Assembly: GCA_963790205.1 (NCBI GenBank)
Contig: CAWBNQ010000014.1
Span: 1-64,000, forward strand
DNA from: Nitrospirota bacterium
GTDB lineage: Bacteria > Nitrospirota > UBA9217
DNA: 64,000 nt
Reading direction: 5' to 3'
Positions within the stretch are counted from its first letter, which is position 1. The number at the start of each line of letters is the position of its first letter. The notes under the pieces were generated by a model that was not told the DNA's origin, did not search any database, and saw only the letters and a list, made by a program, of their open reading frames with translations. Position numbers and translations under genes: made by a program. Positions 19,378 to 29,353 of the stretch are shown here, piece after piece.

Positions 19378-19677
19378 GATGCCTCCTTCCGGTCGTGCGG
19401 CCTAACAGTAATTGAACACCCTTGACGGGGTTTGTTTATTCTGACCTGAGGTTATTTCAGCGATAACGGCACTTCGGGGGCGTGAGGTTTGTGGCGAGGT
19501 GCAGGTTCGACAAAGGCGGCAATTCCGGACCGATCCGCAAGCCCCTTTATGAACAACTATAGCGGAAACAGGGCTCTTTGGCAATTATTACTTCTTTTTA
19601 ATTGATGAACAGCGGTGGTATAATTATTGTTGTCGGACAGGGGATACGCCTATCAACGCGTCTCGACTCAAGGACAA

Positions 19678-20025
19678 ATGCACATTCGCGCTCTCATCGC
19701 CCTCACGCTTTTCCTTCTGCTCGTCAGCTGCGCGCAGAAACCGCCGTCTCCCGAGGCCGAAGCCGGCGGGGTCCGTTTTTCGTTCCTCGCTCCCTCAGCA
19801 AAGAGCGTCGCTATTTCCGGCAGCTTTAACCGCTGGGACCCCGACAAGGACCGCCTCACGGGCCCCGATTGGAAAGGGATCTGGACCATCCTTCTGCCGC
19901 TTTCCCCGGGAAGGTATGAGTATCGGTTTGTCATCAATAACAGCGAATGGGTCCTTGATCCTTTCATGCCGTCGGTGGATGACGGGCTGGGAGATAAAAA
20001 TTCCCTTGTCATTGTTTCGCCATAA
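19678..20025 (+). CDS. Lipoprotein with CBM48/AMPK-type glycogen-binding domain
   Basis: Lipobox LVSC; V.ISGSFNRW, GRYEYRFVIN..W..DP, DDGLG..NS. Confidence 0.82.
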   Translation: MHIRALIALTLFLLLVSCAQKPPSPEAEAGGVRFSFLAPSAKSVAISGSFNRWDPDKDRLTGPDWKGIWTILLPLSPGRYEYRFVINNSEWVLDPFMPSVDDGLGDKNSLVIVSP

Positions 20026-20035
20026 ACGAAACAAA

Positions 20036-20064
20036 TGTAACCTTTTCCCGTCTCAATCGTCTTA
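20036..20064 (+). promoter_or_regulatory. Putative ECF sigma-dependent autoregulatory promoter
   Basis: TGTAACC followed by CGTC with AAC-N16-CGT spacing directly upstream of the ECF sigma gene. Confidence 0.65.
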
Positions 20065-20075
20065 TGGGTACAACA

Positions 20076-20639
20076 ATGATGAATGATCAGCAGCCAGATG
20101 AAGAGGCCATTATACGGCAGTGCCTGGACGGAGACGAAGATTCCTATTCCGTCCTGGTGGACCGTTACAAGACCATGGTCTATAATGTGGCCTTTCGCAT
20201 GCTGGGAGACGGCGACACGGCGAAGGACATTGCCCAGGAAAGCTTCATCGCCGCCTATGGGGGCCTCGGGCAATTCAGGTTCGGGTCAAAATTTTCATCG
20301 TGGCTTTACAGCATCGTTCTGAACAAATGCCGGGACCATTTCAGGACGGTAAAGGATACGGTCTCGACGGATGATATCGCGGAGGTCATGCCTGATAAGG
20401 GCGTTTCTCCCGAGCAGACGGCATCGGCGCATCAGAGCAGCGATGCGCTGCAAAGCGCGCTGGATGCCCTTCCCCCGGAGTACCGCGAAGTGCTCATCCT
20501 GAAGCATATCGAGGAGTTGGATTACCAGGAGATCGCGGCCATCACGAAAGCGGGCATTCCGGCGCTCAAGGTCAGAGCGCACCGTGGCCGGGAGATGCTC
20601 AAAAAGATTTTAGAAAAAACTGGGGTGACCCATGGATAA
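20076..20639 (+). CDS. ECF sigma factor
   Basis: DIAQESFI, FSSWLYSIVLNKCRD, region 4 LDYQEIA...HRGR; start could be 20064, 20076 or 20079. Confidence 0.92.
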   Translation: MMNDQQPDEEAIIRQCLDGDEDSYSVLVDRYKTMVYNVAFRMLGDGDTAKDIAQESFIAAYGGLGQFRFGSKFSSWLYSIVLNKCRDHFRTVKDTVSTDDIAEVMPDKGVSPEQTASAHQSSDALQSALDALPPEYREVLILKHIEELDYQEIAAITKAGIPALKVRAHRGREMLKKILEKTGVTHG

Positions 20640-21288
20640 GGAACGGGACATCATGCATAAGATCCTCGACGGAGACGCCGGGGACGACGAGAAGAAGATC
20701 ATAACCCGTGATATGGAGGCCGATCCCGGGCTCCGGGAGGAGTTCATCGGTCTGGAAAAAGCGGTCCGGATGCTCGAGACGAGCGAACGCCTGGAGGCGC
20801 CGCCTGCCTTTACCGCAGAGGTCATGAGGCGGCTGGCGCGAAGGTCACCGTCCGTGCTCGGCCGCGTCAGGGACTTCCTGTTCGAAAGCCGGGTGCTGCG
20901 CTGGAACATGGCCACGGCTCTGGCAGCAGCGGTTATCGTGCTCGTTACGGTCGTGACCGTTTCGAGGATGCACCGCGAGCCGGCCATGACCCCGGTCATG
21001 ACTGCAGTATCCGTGCCGAGTGAGCCCGTCATCACGGTCAGACTCACCTTTCACGCGCCCCAGGCGCACACTGTGGCAGTGGCCGGCGAATTCAACAAGT
21101 GGAAGACCAATGCCGACGAAATGAAGCGGACCGACGGCGTATGGAGCATCGATCTGAAACTGAAGCCCGGCGTCTATACCTACAGCTTTATCGTGGACGG
21201 AAAATCATGGGTGCCCGATCCCGGGGCGGAATCCTACGTAGATGACGGCTTCGGCTCACGGAACGCCGTCCTGAGGGTGAGCATATGA
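20632..21288 (+). CDS. Probable anti-sigma factor with one TM segment and an extracytoplasmic CBM48-like domain
   Basis: Overlaps the sigma gene; N-terminal helical domain, TM ALAAAVIVLVTVVTV, VAVAGEFNKW...PGVYTYSFIVDG.W.PDP..DDGFG..N. Confidence 0.8.
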   Translation: MDKERDIMHKILDGDAGDDEKKIITRDMEADPGLREEFIGLEKAVRMLETSERLEAPPAFTAEVMRRLARRSPSVLGRVRDFLFESRVLRWNMATALAAAVIVLVTVVTVSRMHREPAMTPVMTAVSVPSEPVITVRLTFHAPQAHTVAVAGEFNKWKTNADEMKRTDGVWSIDLKLKPGVYTYSFIVDGKSWVPDPGAESYVDDGFGSRNAVLRVSI

Positions 21289-22190
21289 GAAGGATGACAA
21301 AGGTTCTGCGGTTTGGAGGGATTGCGCTGCTCCTGGTTTCCCTTGCAGGGGCATCAGGGGCCTTCGCAACGGAGAGCGGACACCAGGACGCCATCCAACG
21401 CGCTCTCGCATCATCGGCGCTGCCGCCTGCGGACCGGGCTGCCGTGCAATCGAGGGCCGCAGCCGCGATAAACGCCGGTGTCCCCGCAGAAGACGTGGAG
21501 ATCATTGTATCGCGGGGCCTGAACCGGGGCGCGGAAGCCGGGGCCATCAACCGGTTCCTCGATATCAGCGTGTCCGCGAAACGATCGGGACTGCCCGCCG
21601 GCCCTGTCCTGAACAGGATCGAGCAGGGGCTGTCGAAGGGAGTGCCGCCTGAGCGGATCGCCGCAGCTTCCGAGCGGCTCGCGGAAAAACTTCGGGTTGC
21701 TCAGCCTATCGTCGACACCCTCATCCGGGGCGGTATGGCACCTCGTCGGAGCGCTGAGCGGAAAGAGGCGATCGAAGCATCTGCGCGGGCGCTCGAACAA
21801 TCGATTCCCGCCGCGGACATCGAAGGCATGGGTTCCGCGGTCAAAAGCAGGGGAGGACAGCTTCCGCTCTTTACGAGCGCCGTGGACACGGCAGCCTATT
21901 TTGCCGGAAGCGGGGTGTCATCAAAGACGGCGTCGCGCCTTGTTCAGAGCGCCGTGGAGAAGGGCTACTCCACAAAGGACATGGATTCCCTGGTAAAGCA
22001 AATGAATAACGAGATGAGGAAGGGAGTCCGGGCGGAGGAAGCGGCCGCGAGGATGGAACGGGAGACCATGGAGACCGAACGAGATATGAATCGTAAGGAA
22101 ATGATGGAGAATCACGGAGAAGGAGCCGGCTCAATGCCCGGTATGGGCGGTATGGGCGGCACAGGCGGCATGGGCGGACCCAGACGATAG
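21285..22190 (+). CDS. Secreted helical protein with Met/Gly-rich tail
   Basis: Signal peptide; ATGA overlap with the upstream gene; ends GSMPGMGGMGGTGGMGGPRR. Confidence 0.75.
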   Translation: MRRMTKVLRFGGIALLLVSLAGASGAFATESGHQDAIQRALASSALPPADRAAVQSRAAAAINAGVPAEDVEIIVSRGLNRGAEAGAINRFLDISVSAKRSGLPAGPVLNRIEQGLSKGVPPERIAAASERLAEKLRVAQPIVDTLIRGGMAPRRSAERKEAIEASARALEQSIPAADIEGMGSAVKSRGGQLPLFTSAVDTAAYFAGSGVSSKTASRLVQSAVEKGYSTKDMDSLVKQMNNEMRKGVRAEEAAARMERETMETERDMNRKEMMENHGEGAGSMPGMGGMGGTGGMGGPRR

Positions 22191-22343
22191 GCTCCGGCAG
22201 GAGACCGTTCCGATCGTAAGGTCAGTCAGCATGCGAAGCGGCGCAAGAGTACTCCCCTCGGCCGAGGAACCGCGACGGCATGGTCTGTTGACCGAAGACG
22301 GCAGGTACGGCCGGCAGCACACCACGGAAAGGAGGGATCAGCC

Positions 22344-22727
22344 ATGTTTACGAGACACTTATCCATCCTACTGATCGCGGCAGGCGTCCTGTTTCTCGGG
22401 ATCGCGTCGCTTGCGGCGGCGGAAGAGAAGGGAAAGACCATCAGGTCGCAGGAGCAGGTGAGGACCACGGAGCAGCACGAGGCGCAGATCCAGGCAGGCG
22501 ATCCGGCGGAGAACTCGGCCGGCGACGCATCGATGATGTAGGACCGGACGCAGACGCGGGACCGGCTGAGAGACGGGACCGGAGACCATGACCCGGACCT
22601 GCTGCAGAACCAGGACCGTGATTACGATCGCGACCAGTTGCACGACAGGGACCGGGACAGGATCCACGACCATCAGGGAGCTGGTTTCGGCAACATGGGG
22701 GGCGGCATGAGCGGGCCGCGGAGATAG
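22344..22727 (+). pseudogene. Secreted Asp/Arg-repeat protein interrupted by an in-frame TAG at 22539-22541
   Basis: Strong SD and signal peptide; frame continues past TAG as DRTQTRDRLRDG...DRDRDRIHD...GGGMSGPRR*. Confidence 0.7.
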
Positions 22728-22878
22728 CCGGAAAAATCGGCTGGAGCAGCCCAATGCGGGTGCTCCAGCGCATACTGACCGATCCCAGACATCGGGAGGG
22801 AACGTCGGGCAAATGGAGAGATGACCTGCCCCAGAGGCGTGGGGGGGGCATGGGAAAGCGCAAAAGGAGGTAGTTGCC

Positions 22879-23430
22879 ATGAAACGGTCCAGGTACATCA
22901 TTGTCAGCGCGCTCGTACTTACACTCGCTATGCTGAGTGCGGCATGGGCGGCGGAAACAAAAGAAGAGAAAAATCTCCAAAAGGAATCCACGGCGATCAA
23001 CGCCACAGCAGGCACTACGAAGGGCGCGGCGGTCGTGACCCAAAGACTCGAAAAGGAGTTCAATGTTACCGGCACGCAGGTCCAGTCGCTTCGTGACCAG
23101 AAACTTGGATACGGCGAGATCGCCATCGTGTTCTCGCTGGCCCAGAAGATGACCGGCGGCATCACCAATGCCAATATACAGAGCGTCATGACTTTGCGCG
23201 AGGGCCCGCCCACCATGGGCTGGGGCGAGGTCGCCAAAAAGCTCGGGACCAAGCTCGGCCCCACGATCTCCCAGGTCAGGAACGTTAACAGGAATACGGA
23301 AAGGGAGATGAAACATGAGGCCATGAGCGGCAAAGGACATATGGAGAGATATAACGAGCAGCATGAAGAGATGACCGGACATGGAGGCATGGACAACGGT
23401 CAGGGCATGTCGCACGGCAGGGACCGGTAG
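22879..23430 (+). CDS. Secreted protein with His/Met/Gly-rich tail
   Basis: AGGAGG SD, signal peptide AWA, LGYGEIA and MGWGEVAKKLG motifs. Confidence 0.8.
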   Translation: MKRSRYIIVSALVLTLAMLSAAWAAETKEEKNLQKESTAINATAGTTKGAAVVTQRLEKEFNVTGTQVQSLRDQKLGYGEIAIVFSLAQKMTGGITNANIQSVMTLREGPPTMGWGEVAKKLGTKLGPTISQVRNVNRNTEREMKHEAMSGKGHMERYNEQHEEMTGHGGMDNGQGMSHGRDR

Positions 23431-23577
23431 TACGAAAGCTGTATTTACGATCAAATGAAATAAAGATGCTGCCTTTTTTCTTTGTGAGTTTCTTTGCGAG
23501 TATAGTAAACTCCAAAGAGATGGGGCAGCCTATTTTTTGCCTGTTCATGATTCCCTAGGAAAGGACACTACCGTACC

Positions 23578-24489
23578 ATGAAGGCAAGCCGCAAAATTCA
23601 TCAATCATTGAAGGGGCCGTTCCTGCCCTTGTTCCTTCTTGCAGGCTTCATGCTCTATTTTTCCGTTTTTCCGGCGAACGTTTTCGCCGGTCTTCTCCTC
23701 GATGCAGATCTTCGGTTCACCTATGAGGACAACGTGGTCGGTCTTCTGTCGGACCAGCCGCGGGGCGCCGGCGGCGGAACGCCCGGCGGCATGAGCATGC
23801 AGGCGCTCGGCATGGGCATGGGAGGGCCGAATAAGAACAGATACACCGGCTCGGGCTCAGGAGCGACCCAGACAGGCGATTTTTCCGCGACTGTTTCAGC
23901 CGAGGCAGGCGGATATCAGGACGTCGGCAGCAATGCCGCTCTGTTTGCGAAGGCATTCGCCAACCATACGAGCTACGACACCTTTACGGACCTCAATGCA
24001 ACAATCGGGGGCGTGAGCACGGGCATCAGCGCCAGCTTGAGCGACTCTGTTCTCGCCCGTGTCGCCGTCCTCGGCGATATCAAGCGCTTCGGCGACGGCG
24101 AGCGCGACAGCACGGCCTACGGAGGGAACATCAGCCTGAAGGAAAAGCTCATCCCGTCGTTCTGGGTCCGGGAGTTCGTGGGGTCTGAAAAGAACCACGC
24201 CGATAATCCCGTCTTCAGCTATACCGGGACGACCATCGGCATAGGCGCGGGATACGCCCTCACCAGGATGACCCTTGCCACGCTCGGCTACAGCTATCTG
24301 ATCCGGAAGTTCGATGAACCGTCGGGCGCTGAGATAAAGACCAATACCGTTTACGCGGGCGCGGAACATTCACTCATGAAGTCCTGGTCCGTTGCGGCAG
24401 AGTATGACCTCCAGCTCAGCAGGGAAAACATAACAGGATCCAGCACAACGGACAATATCTTCTCGGTGGCGCTCAGGTACAGCTATTAA
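23578..24489 (+). CDS. Outer-membrane beta-barrel protein
   Basis: Signal peptide, alternating amphipathic strands, C-terminal ALRYSY. Confidence 0.75.
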   Translation: MKASRKIHQSLKGPFLPLFLLAGFMLYFSVFPANVFAGLLLDADLRFTYEDNVVGLLSDQPRGAGGGTPGGMSMQALGMGMGGPNKNRYTGSGSGATQTGDFSATVSAEAGGYQDVGSNAALFAKAFANHTSYDTFTDLNATIGGVSTGISASLSDSVLARVAVLGDIKRFGDGERDSTAYGGNISLKEKLIPSFWVREFVGSEKNHADNPVFSYTGTTIGIGAGYALTRMTLATLGYSYLIRKFDEPSGAEIKTNTVYAGAEHSLMKSWSVAAEYDLQLSRENITGSSTTDNIFSVALRYSY

Positions 24490-24639
24490 AAGAAGTAATG
24501 AAGGGAATGCAATAACGTTTGTAAAAAGACCGTCCGCAGCATGCACAACGCCTCGCTCGACCGTAGACAATTTGATCACCGGGGCGTTGTTGTCTGTCAT
24601 AACGGCTTCTCACGGAGGGCGAACAATACAGTGGTCTTA

Positions 24640-25098
24640 TTATGTGTTGTTTCCTCCCGCCTTGCGCTCTCCGAATATTTTATTATCCAATGATATCTTT
24701 CCCGGTCCCAGCACGAGGAGCAGGATCGCGATGCACAAATAGGCTGACGCCAGCTCGTACGACAATCCTCCGGTCAGACTCACAAAGGGATTTTTCATCA
24801 CCATCGAATGAAAGAACACGGCCACCGTCATGGTGCAGCCGATCCCGAGCGCCGCGATCGGGGTCAATAACCCGAGTATCCAGGCGATTCCCCCGCCGAA
24901 CTCCGAGATCGAGGCGAGGAACTGGAAAAAGCCGGGGACAGGAGATTGGGGCCCCATCCAGCCCAAGGGGTTCTGCATCTTTTGCGAACCATGAATGACG
25001 AACGCGGCCCCCACGACCAGGCGGAGCAGAAGAAGAACGATCGATGCCGGGGCCGGATAGGGAACAGGCTGCAGAAAGCGCTTGAGTCTTTGCATCAT
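24640..25098 (-). CDS. DoxX family membrane protein
   Basis: LLRLVVG.AF..HG.QK, EFGGG, GPGKISLD; start after GGAGG. Confidence 0.88.
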   Translation of the reverse strand: MMQRLKRFLQPVPYPAPASIVLLLLRLVVGAAFVIHGSQKMQNPLGWMGPQSPVPGFFQFLASISEFGGGIAWILGLLTPIAALGIGCTMTVAVFFHSMVMKNPFVSLTGGLSYELASAYLCIAILLLVLGPGKISLDNKIFGERKAGGNNT

Positions 25099-25288
25099 TT
25101 GGACCTCCTTCGTTGGGCTATGTACTATCAATCTCTTTCAGGCTGCGAAGAGAAGAACACCTTTTGACACGGATCAAGGCGGATTGTGCAGGATATCCAC
25201 TGATAAGATTTCAAGATCAGAATGCATCATAGCTTCTTTCCGTGAAAATCCGTGTCAAAGATTATGTTCAAGTGAATAAAATTTCCCC

Positions 25289-25843
25289 TTACCCGGGCTG
25301 GTAACAGAGCAAAACGTTCCCATTCCGGAACGTCCGCGCTTTTATCAGCTTCAGATTTATCCTGTCCGTGATCCCTTTGAACAGAGGATTTCCGTCACCC
25401 AGAATAATAGGATTCACCATGATCCGGTATTCATCGAGCAAGCCCTTCTGTGCAAACTGCGTAAGAATATTGCCGCTGCCCAGAAGCGCAATGTCCTTCC
25501 CGGGCTGAATTTTCATTTTTCTTATTTCTTCCTCGATATTGTCTTTCACCAGCCTGGTATTGTTCCACTCGGCCTTGCTCAATGTCCTGGAAAAAACGAT
25601 CTTGGCGAGCGAATTCATCTTTCCCGCAACGATCGGATCGGTCTTGATCGCATAGGGCGTTGGCCAGAAGCCTGCCATGAGCTCATAGGTCACCCGTCCA
25701 AAGAGCAGCGTATCCACGGAATTCAGCATGTCGATAGCGTATTCATTGAACTCCGCGTCCACGTTGTGCCAGCTAATATCCCTGTTCGGTCCTTCAAAGT
25801 AGCCGTCGAGGGTCACGAGGTTGGATACGAATAGTTTTCTCAT
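25289..25843 (-). CDS. Dihydrofolate reductase-like (RibD C-terminal) protein
   Basis: VTLDGY, LFGRVTY, GSG, LLDEYRI.VNP..LG.G.PLF. Confidence 0.88.
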   Translation of the reverse strand: MRKLFVSNLVTLDGYFEGPNRDISWHNVDAEFNEYAIDMLNSVDTLLFGRVTYELMAGFWPTPYAIKTDPIVAGKMNSLAKIVFSRTLSKAEWNNTRLVKDNIEEEIRKMKIQPGKDIALLGSGNILTQFAQKGLLDEYRIMVNPIILGDGNPLFKGITDRINLKLIKARTFRNGNVLLCYQPG

Positions 25844-25872
25844 GTTGCCTCCGCTCGCTCTTTGCGTATTTC

Positions 25873-25945
25873 CGTCACCCTGAACGACGCAAAGCGCCTC
25901 TTTGTGCTTGAAAAGGCAGGATTCTCCGCGTTGCTCAGAATGACA
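25873..25945. repeat. Degenerate CGTCA-type repeat pair
   Basis: CGTCACCCTGAAC ... GGATTCTCCGCGTTGCTCAGAATGACA, similar to the arms flanking the GIY-YIG gene. Confidence 0.6.
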
Positions 25946-25987
25946 AACACAATAAAGAGACGCACTACATCCGCGATACCCGTGACC

Positions 25988-26962
25988 TCAGGCTGCTTTT
26001 TTCCCAACCTCCAATTTCGCCAGAAGCTCCGCGAGACGGTCCATTGTCTCGAACACCCCCTCCTCCATGCCCGACGTGAGCATGCCGTCGCGGTCCTCGA
26101 CCGTCTGGTAAACTGACTTGCCGGTCATCTTCGTTTTGCCGCCGATATCTTCCAGTATACATGTTTCAAGCGATACATGACCCGGCATGCCCTCGAATTC
26201 AAAGGTGTCGACGATCCGCTCGGGCGAACGTACCTCGTGATAGACGCCGTGGAACGCGTACCTGTTGCCTGCGGCGTCGCGCTGGACGAACCGCCACAGA
26301 CCGCCGGGTTTTACGTCCATTTTGTCGATCGTGGTCGTGAAACGCTTAGGACCCCACCATTGCGATTTCAGATTCCGGTCCGTGTATGCCCTGAACACGA
26401 GATCTCGCGGCGCATCGAAGACCCGTGTGATAATGACTTCCTGTTTCCCCCGTTCGGCAATGATCCTGGTACCGTCTGCCGCAATGCTTTCAGCCAGCTT
26501 GTCGAAGGACTCGCTCCAGCCGGTTTCGGTCAGTTCACGCATCATGCCGAACGGAATACCCTCATGCCGGAGGACCATTTTCGTCTTGCCCCCCAGATCC
26601 TCGAACGTGACCGTCACCAGCAGCTCAAGGGGAAAGTCTCCGGCCATTCCGTAGTGCGAGGCCGGGACGACAGTGCCCTTCTCGTCCGCAAAGCTGTCGG
26701 TGGCGACGATCCGCTCCATCGGAACGATCTCGCGATAAACGCCTGTTGACCAGTAGTCCTTGCCGTCGGGACCGCGCATGCAGGAAAGATACCTGCCCCC
26801 CACGCGGAGATCGACCTTGCTGACAGGCGCAGTGAAGTTCTTGGGGCCCCACCACTTTTTCATTTCTTCCGGAGCGGTCCACGCTTTCCACACTTTCTCA
26901 CGCGGCGCGTCGAAGAACCGCGCGATGATCAATTCGTTTTTATTTTTAATTTCCCTTGCCAT
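25988..26962 (-). CDS. Tandem SRPBCC/AHSA1 domain protein
   Basis: Two repeats of R.FDAPR..V..A.T.....WWGP. Confidence 0.88.
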   Translation of the reverse strand: MAREIKNKNELIIARFFDAPREKVWKAWTAPEEMKKWWGPKNFTAPVSKVDLRVGGRYLSCMRGPDGKDYWSTGVYREIVPMERIVATDSFADEKGTVVPASHYGMAGDFPLELLVTVTFEDLGGKTKMVLRHEGIPFGMMRELTETGWSESFDKLAESIAADGTRIIAERGKQEVIITRVFDAPRDLVFRAYTDRNLKSQWWGPKRFTTTIDKMDVKPGGLWRFVQRDAAGNRYAFHGVYHEVRSPERIVDTFEFEGMPGHVSLETCILEDIGGKTKMTGKSVYQTVEDRDGMLTSGMEEGVFETMDRLAELLAKLEVGKKAA

Positions 26963-26994
26963 TTTGATTTACCTCCTTGTTTCAATTCCGGGTT

Positions 26995-27063
26995 TCAGGC
27001 CGCCGCCTTGCTATAGTGCAGTACGACCTTCCCCGATTTAAATGTTTTAGTATCGATCAGCTT
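26995..27063 (-). pseudogene. 3' remnant of a second DHFR-like gene
   Basis: KLIDTKTFKSGKVVLHYSKAAA* parallels KLIKARTFRNGNVLLCY of 25289-25843. Confidence 0.55.
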
Positions 27064-27675
27064 CGGCCGCTGGTGCACCAGGAGGCTGAAGAATACTACC
27101 AAAGCCATAGCCCAAAGGATTCCGCTTCTTGTTCTTTTGAAACACGAACAACAATCAATAACGGGACAAAATTAACCCTCTATGACCGTCAATTCAATTC
27201 TAGCACAAGATCAGGGGCCACAAGAGGGACAACAGGCGGGGATCAAGCAGTGAGAAGCCCGGAGGAGGAAGCGCAAAATATTTATATTTTTTATACCGCC
27301 GCTCACATACGTGGGTCTCTGAAAAATCAAAAAATGAAGCTTCCGCCTTTCCCCTGCGTCGGTCGGGCGGCTCTGATGCGAAAACCGAGCTCAAGCGTCG
27401 AAAAAAAGGATAAGAGCCGTTCTGCCCGCGCAAAACGAAAGCCCCTCTGGATTGCCGATGTTGTTATAAGATCAAGTTGCTCTCCGGCATGCTGCGCAGC
27501 TGGGCGATGAGTCCCTTGATTCCCGTCTCGAGATTCTCAGCGAGATGGTACGACAATGGGTCTCAGTATTGCCTAAAAAAACTAGCATCGTGATCATCTA
27601 TGAGGGAAACAATGATATAATAAAAGCGAAAGTACAAAAAAGTTCTCAGCACGAATATAAATAAGGGGGGAGTTC

Positions 27676-28812
27676 ATGCCTCTGGTGATCGGTGTTCCCC
27701 GGGAGACGGCGCCGGGTGAGAAGCGGGTAGCGATCGTACCCGAAGTGGTAAAGAAGTTTACGTCCCTCGGCGCCGATATCTGCATGGAACAGGGCGCCGG
27801 TACGGGGGCACTGTTCCATGATGAGGACTTCGGCGCTGCAAGCATTGCCGCAAACCCCGCAGGGGTGTTTGCCAGATCCCAAATCATCCTGAAAGTACAG
27901 CCCCCCACCCTGGACGACGTCCGGCTGATGGGACCGGGCACAGTGCTCATCGGCTTCCTGCATCCCTACGAGGACGGGGGGCGGGCAAGGCTTCTGTGCG
28001 AGAGAAATATCACGAGCTTCGCTGTCGAGTTGATCCCTCGCATCTCCCGCGCGCAAAGCATGGACGCCCTCTCCACCCAGGCCACGGTTGCGGGCTACCA
28101 GTGCGCCCTGATCGCCGGAGTGATCTCGCCGAAATTTTTCCCCATGATAACCTACGCCGCGGGCACGCTGCGTCCCGCGCGCGTGCTCGTGATCGGCGCG
28201 GGTGTCGCGGGCCTGCAGGCCATCGCGACCGCGCACCGGTTGGGCGCTATCGTCGAGGCGTATGACGTCAGGCCCGAGACCAAGGAGCAGGTAGAGTCGC
28301 TCGGGGCCAGGTTCGTCGATACCGGCGTGGCTGCCGTGGCGGCGGGCGGCTACGCTCGTGAGCTGACACTGGATGAAAAGATGGCTCAACAGGAGAAACT
28401 GAAAAAGGCCGTGGCGCAGGTTGACGTGCTGATCACCACTGCGGCCATCCCGGGCAAGAGAAGCCCGCTTATCGTCACCGAGGACATGGTGCGCGGCATG
28501 AAACAGGGCGCTGTCATCGTTGACATGGCCGCGGACAGCGGCGGCAACGTTGCCGGCACGCGGCCCGGCGAGACCGTGGCCACGAACGGCGTCAGCATTG
28601 TCGGCACCGTCAACCTTGCCTCCCGCATGTCGGTACACGCCTCGGAGATGTACGCCAGGAACCTGTTCAATTTCCTCTCGCCGTTCATCAAGGACGGACA
28701 GCTTATGCTTGACTGGAGCGACGAGATCCTCGCAGGAAGTTGTTTTACGCACGAAGGCGAGATACGACATGAAGGAGTGCGGAAGACATTGGCGGAGGAC
28801 AATAAATCCTAA
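27676..28812 (+). CDS. pntAA: NAD(P) transhydrogenase subunit alpha part 1
   Basis: GEKRVA, RAQSMDALS, GAGVAGLQA. Confidence 0.93.
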   Translation: MPLVIGVPRETAPGEKRVAIVPEVVKKFTSLGADICMEQGAGTGALFHDEDFGAASIAANPAGVFARSQIILKVQPPTLDDVRLMGPGTVLIGFLHPYEDGGRARLLCERNITSFAVELIPRISRAQSMDALSTQATVAGYQCALIAGVISPKFFPMITYAAGTLRPARVLVIGAGVAGLQAIATAHRLGAIVEAYDVRPETKEQVESLGARFVDTGVAAVAAGGYARELTLDEKMAQQEKLKKAVAQVDVLITTAAIPGKRSPLIVTEDMVRGMKQGAVIVDMAADSGGNVAGTRPGETVATNGVSIVGTVNLASRMSVHASEMYARNLFNFLSPFIKDGQLMLDWSDEILAGSCFTHEGEIRHEGVRKTLAEDNKS

Positions 28813-28935
28813 GCACCAAGCACTAAATTCTCAATAATAGCAAAACTCGAACGATTGAAAATTTTGCATTTCGGCATTCGATATTGTTTAGGATTTCGAG
28901 ATTCGAGTTTAGATTTTTCCCGGGAAGGTGTTTTG

Positions 28936-29250
28936 ATGGAAGGTTTCGCCGCGCTCTATATATTCATGCTGGCGGCATTCACCGGCTACGAGGTTATCTC
29001 ACGCGTGCCCGTGATCCTGCACACGCCGCTCATGTCAGGCTCGAACTTCGTGCACGGCGTAGTGCTCGTAGGCGCCATGGTCGCGCTGGGAGAGGCCCGG
29101 ACGCCTTTCGAGCAGGCCATCGGCTTTATCGCCGTACTCCTGGGAGCGGCCAACGCGGCAGGCGGCTACGTGATCACCGAACGCATGCTGCGGATGTTTA
29201 AAAAAGGCGAAAGCAAAAATTCCAGGTCCCAAGCGCCAAATCATAAATAA
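28936..29250 (+). CDS. pntAB: NAD(P) transhydrogenase subunit alpha part 2
   Basis: LHTPLMSGSN, GGYVITERML.MF. Confidence 0.92.
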   Translation: MEGFAALYIFMLAAFTGYEVISRVPVILHTPLMSGSNFVHGVVLVGAMVALGEARTPFEQAIGFIAVLLGAANAAGGYVITERMLRMFKKGESKNSRSQAPNHK

Positions 29251-29353
29251 GCTCCACGCCGCCATGAGGCAATGACCGCGCTGTTTGTAAATCTTTATTT
29301 TCAGTACTGGAATTTATTTAGTATTTGTTTTTTGTGATTTTTTTCGGGGGACT

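Noticed and set aside
27311..27340. GGGTCTCTGAAAAA as an IS terminal repeat
   Set aside because: No partner inverted repeat or transposase seen
26977..27510. 177-aa plus-strand ORF
   Set aside because: No SD or motifs; overlaps a minus-strand gene remnant
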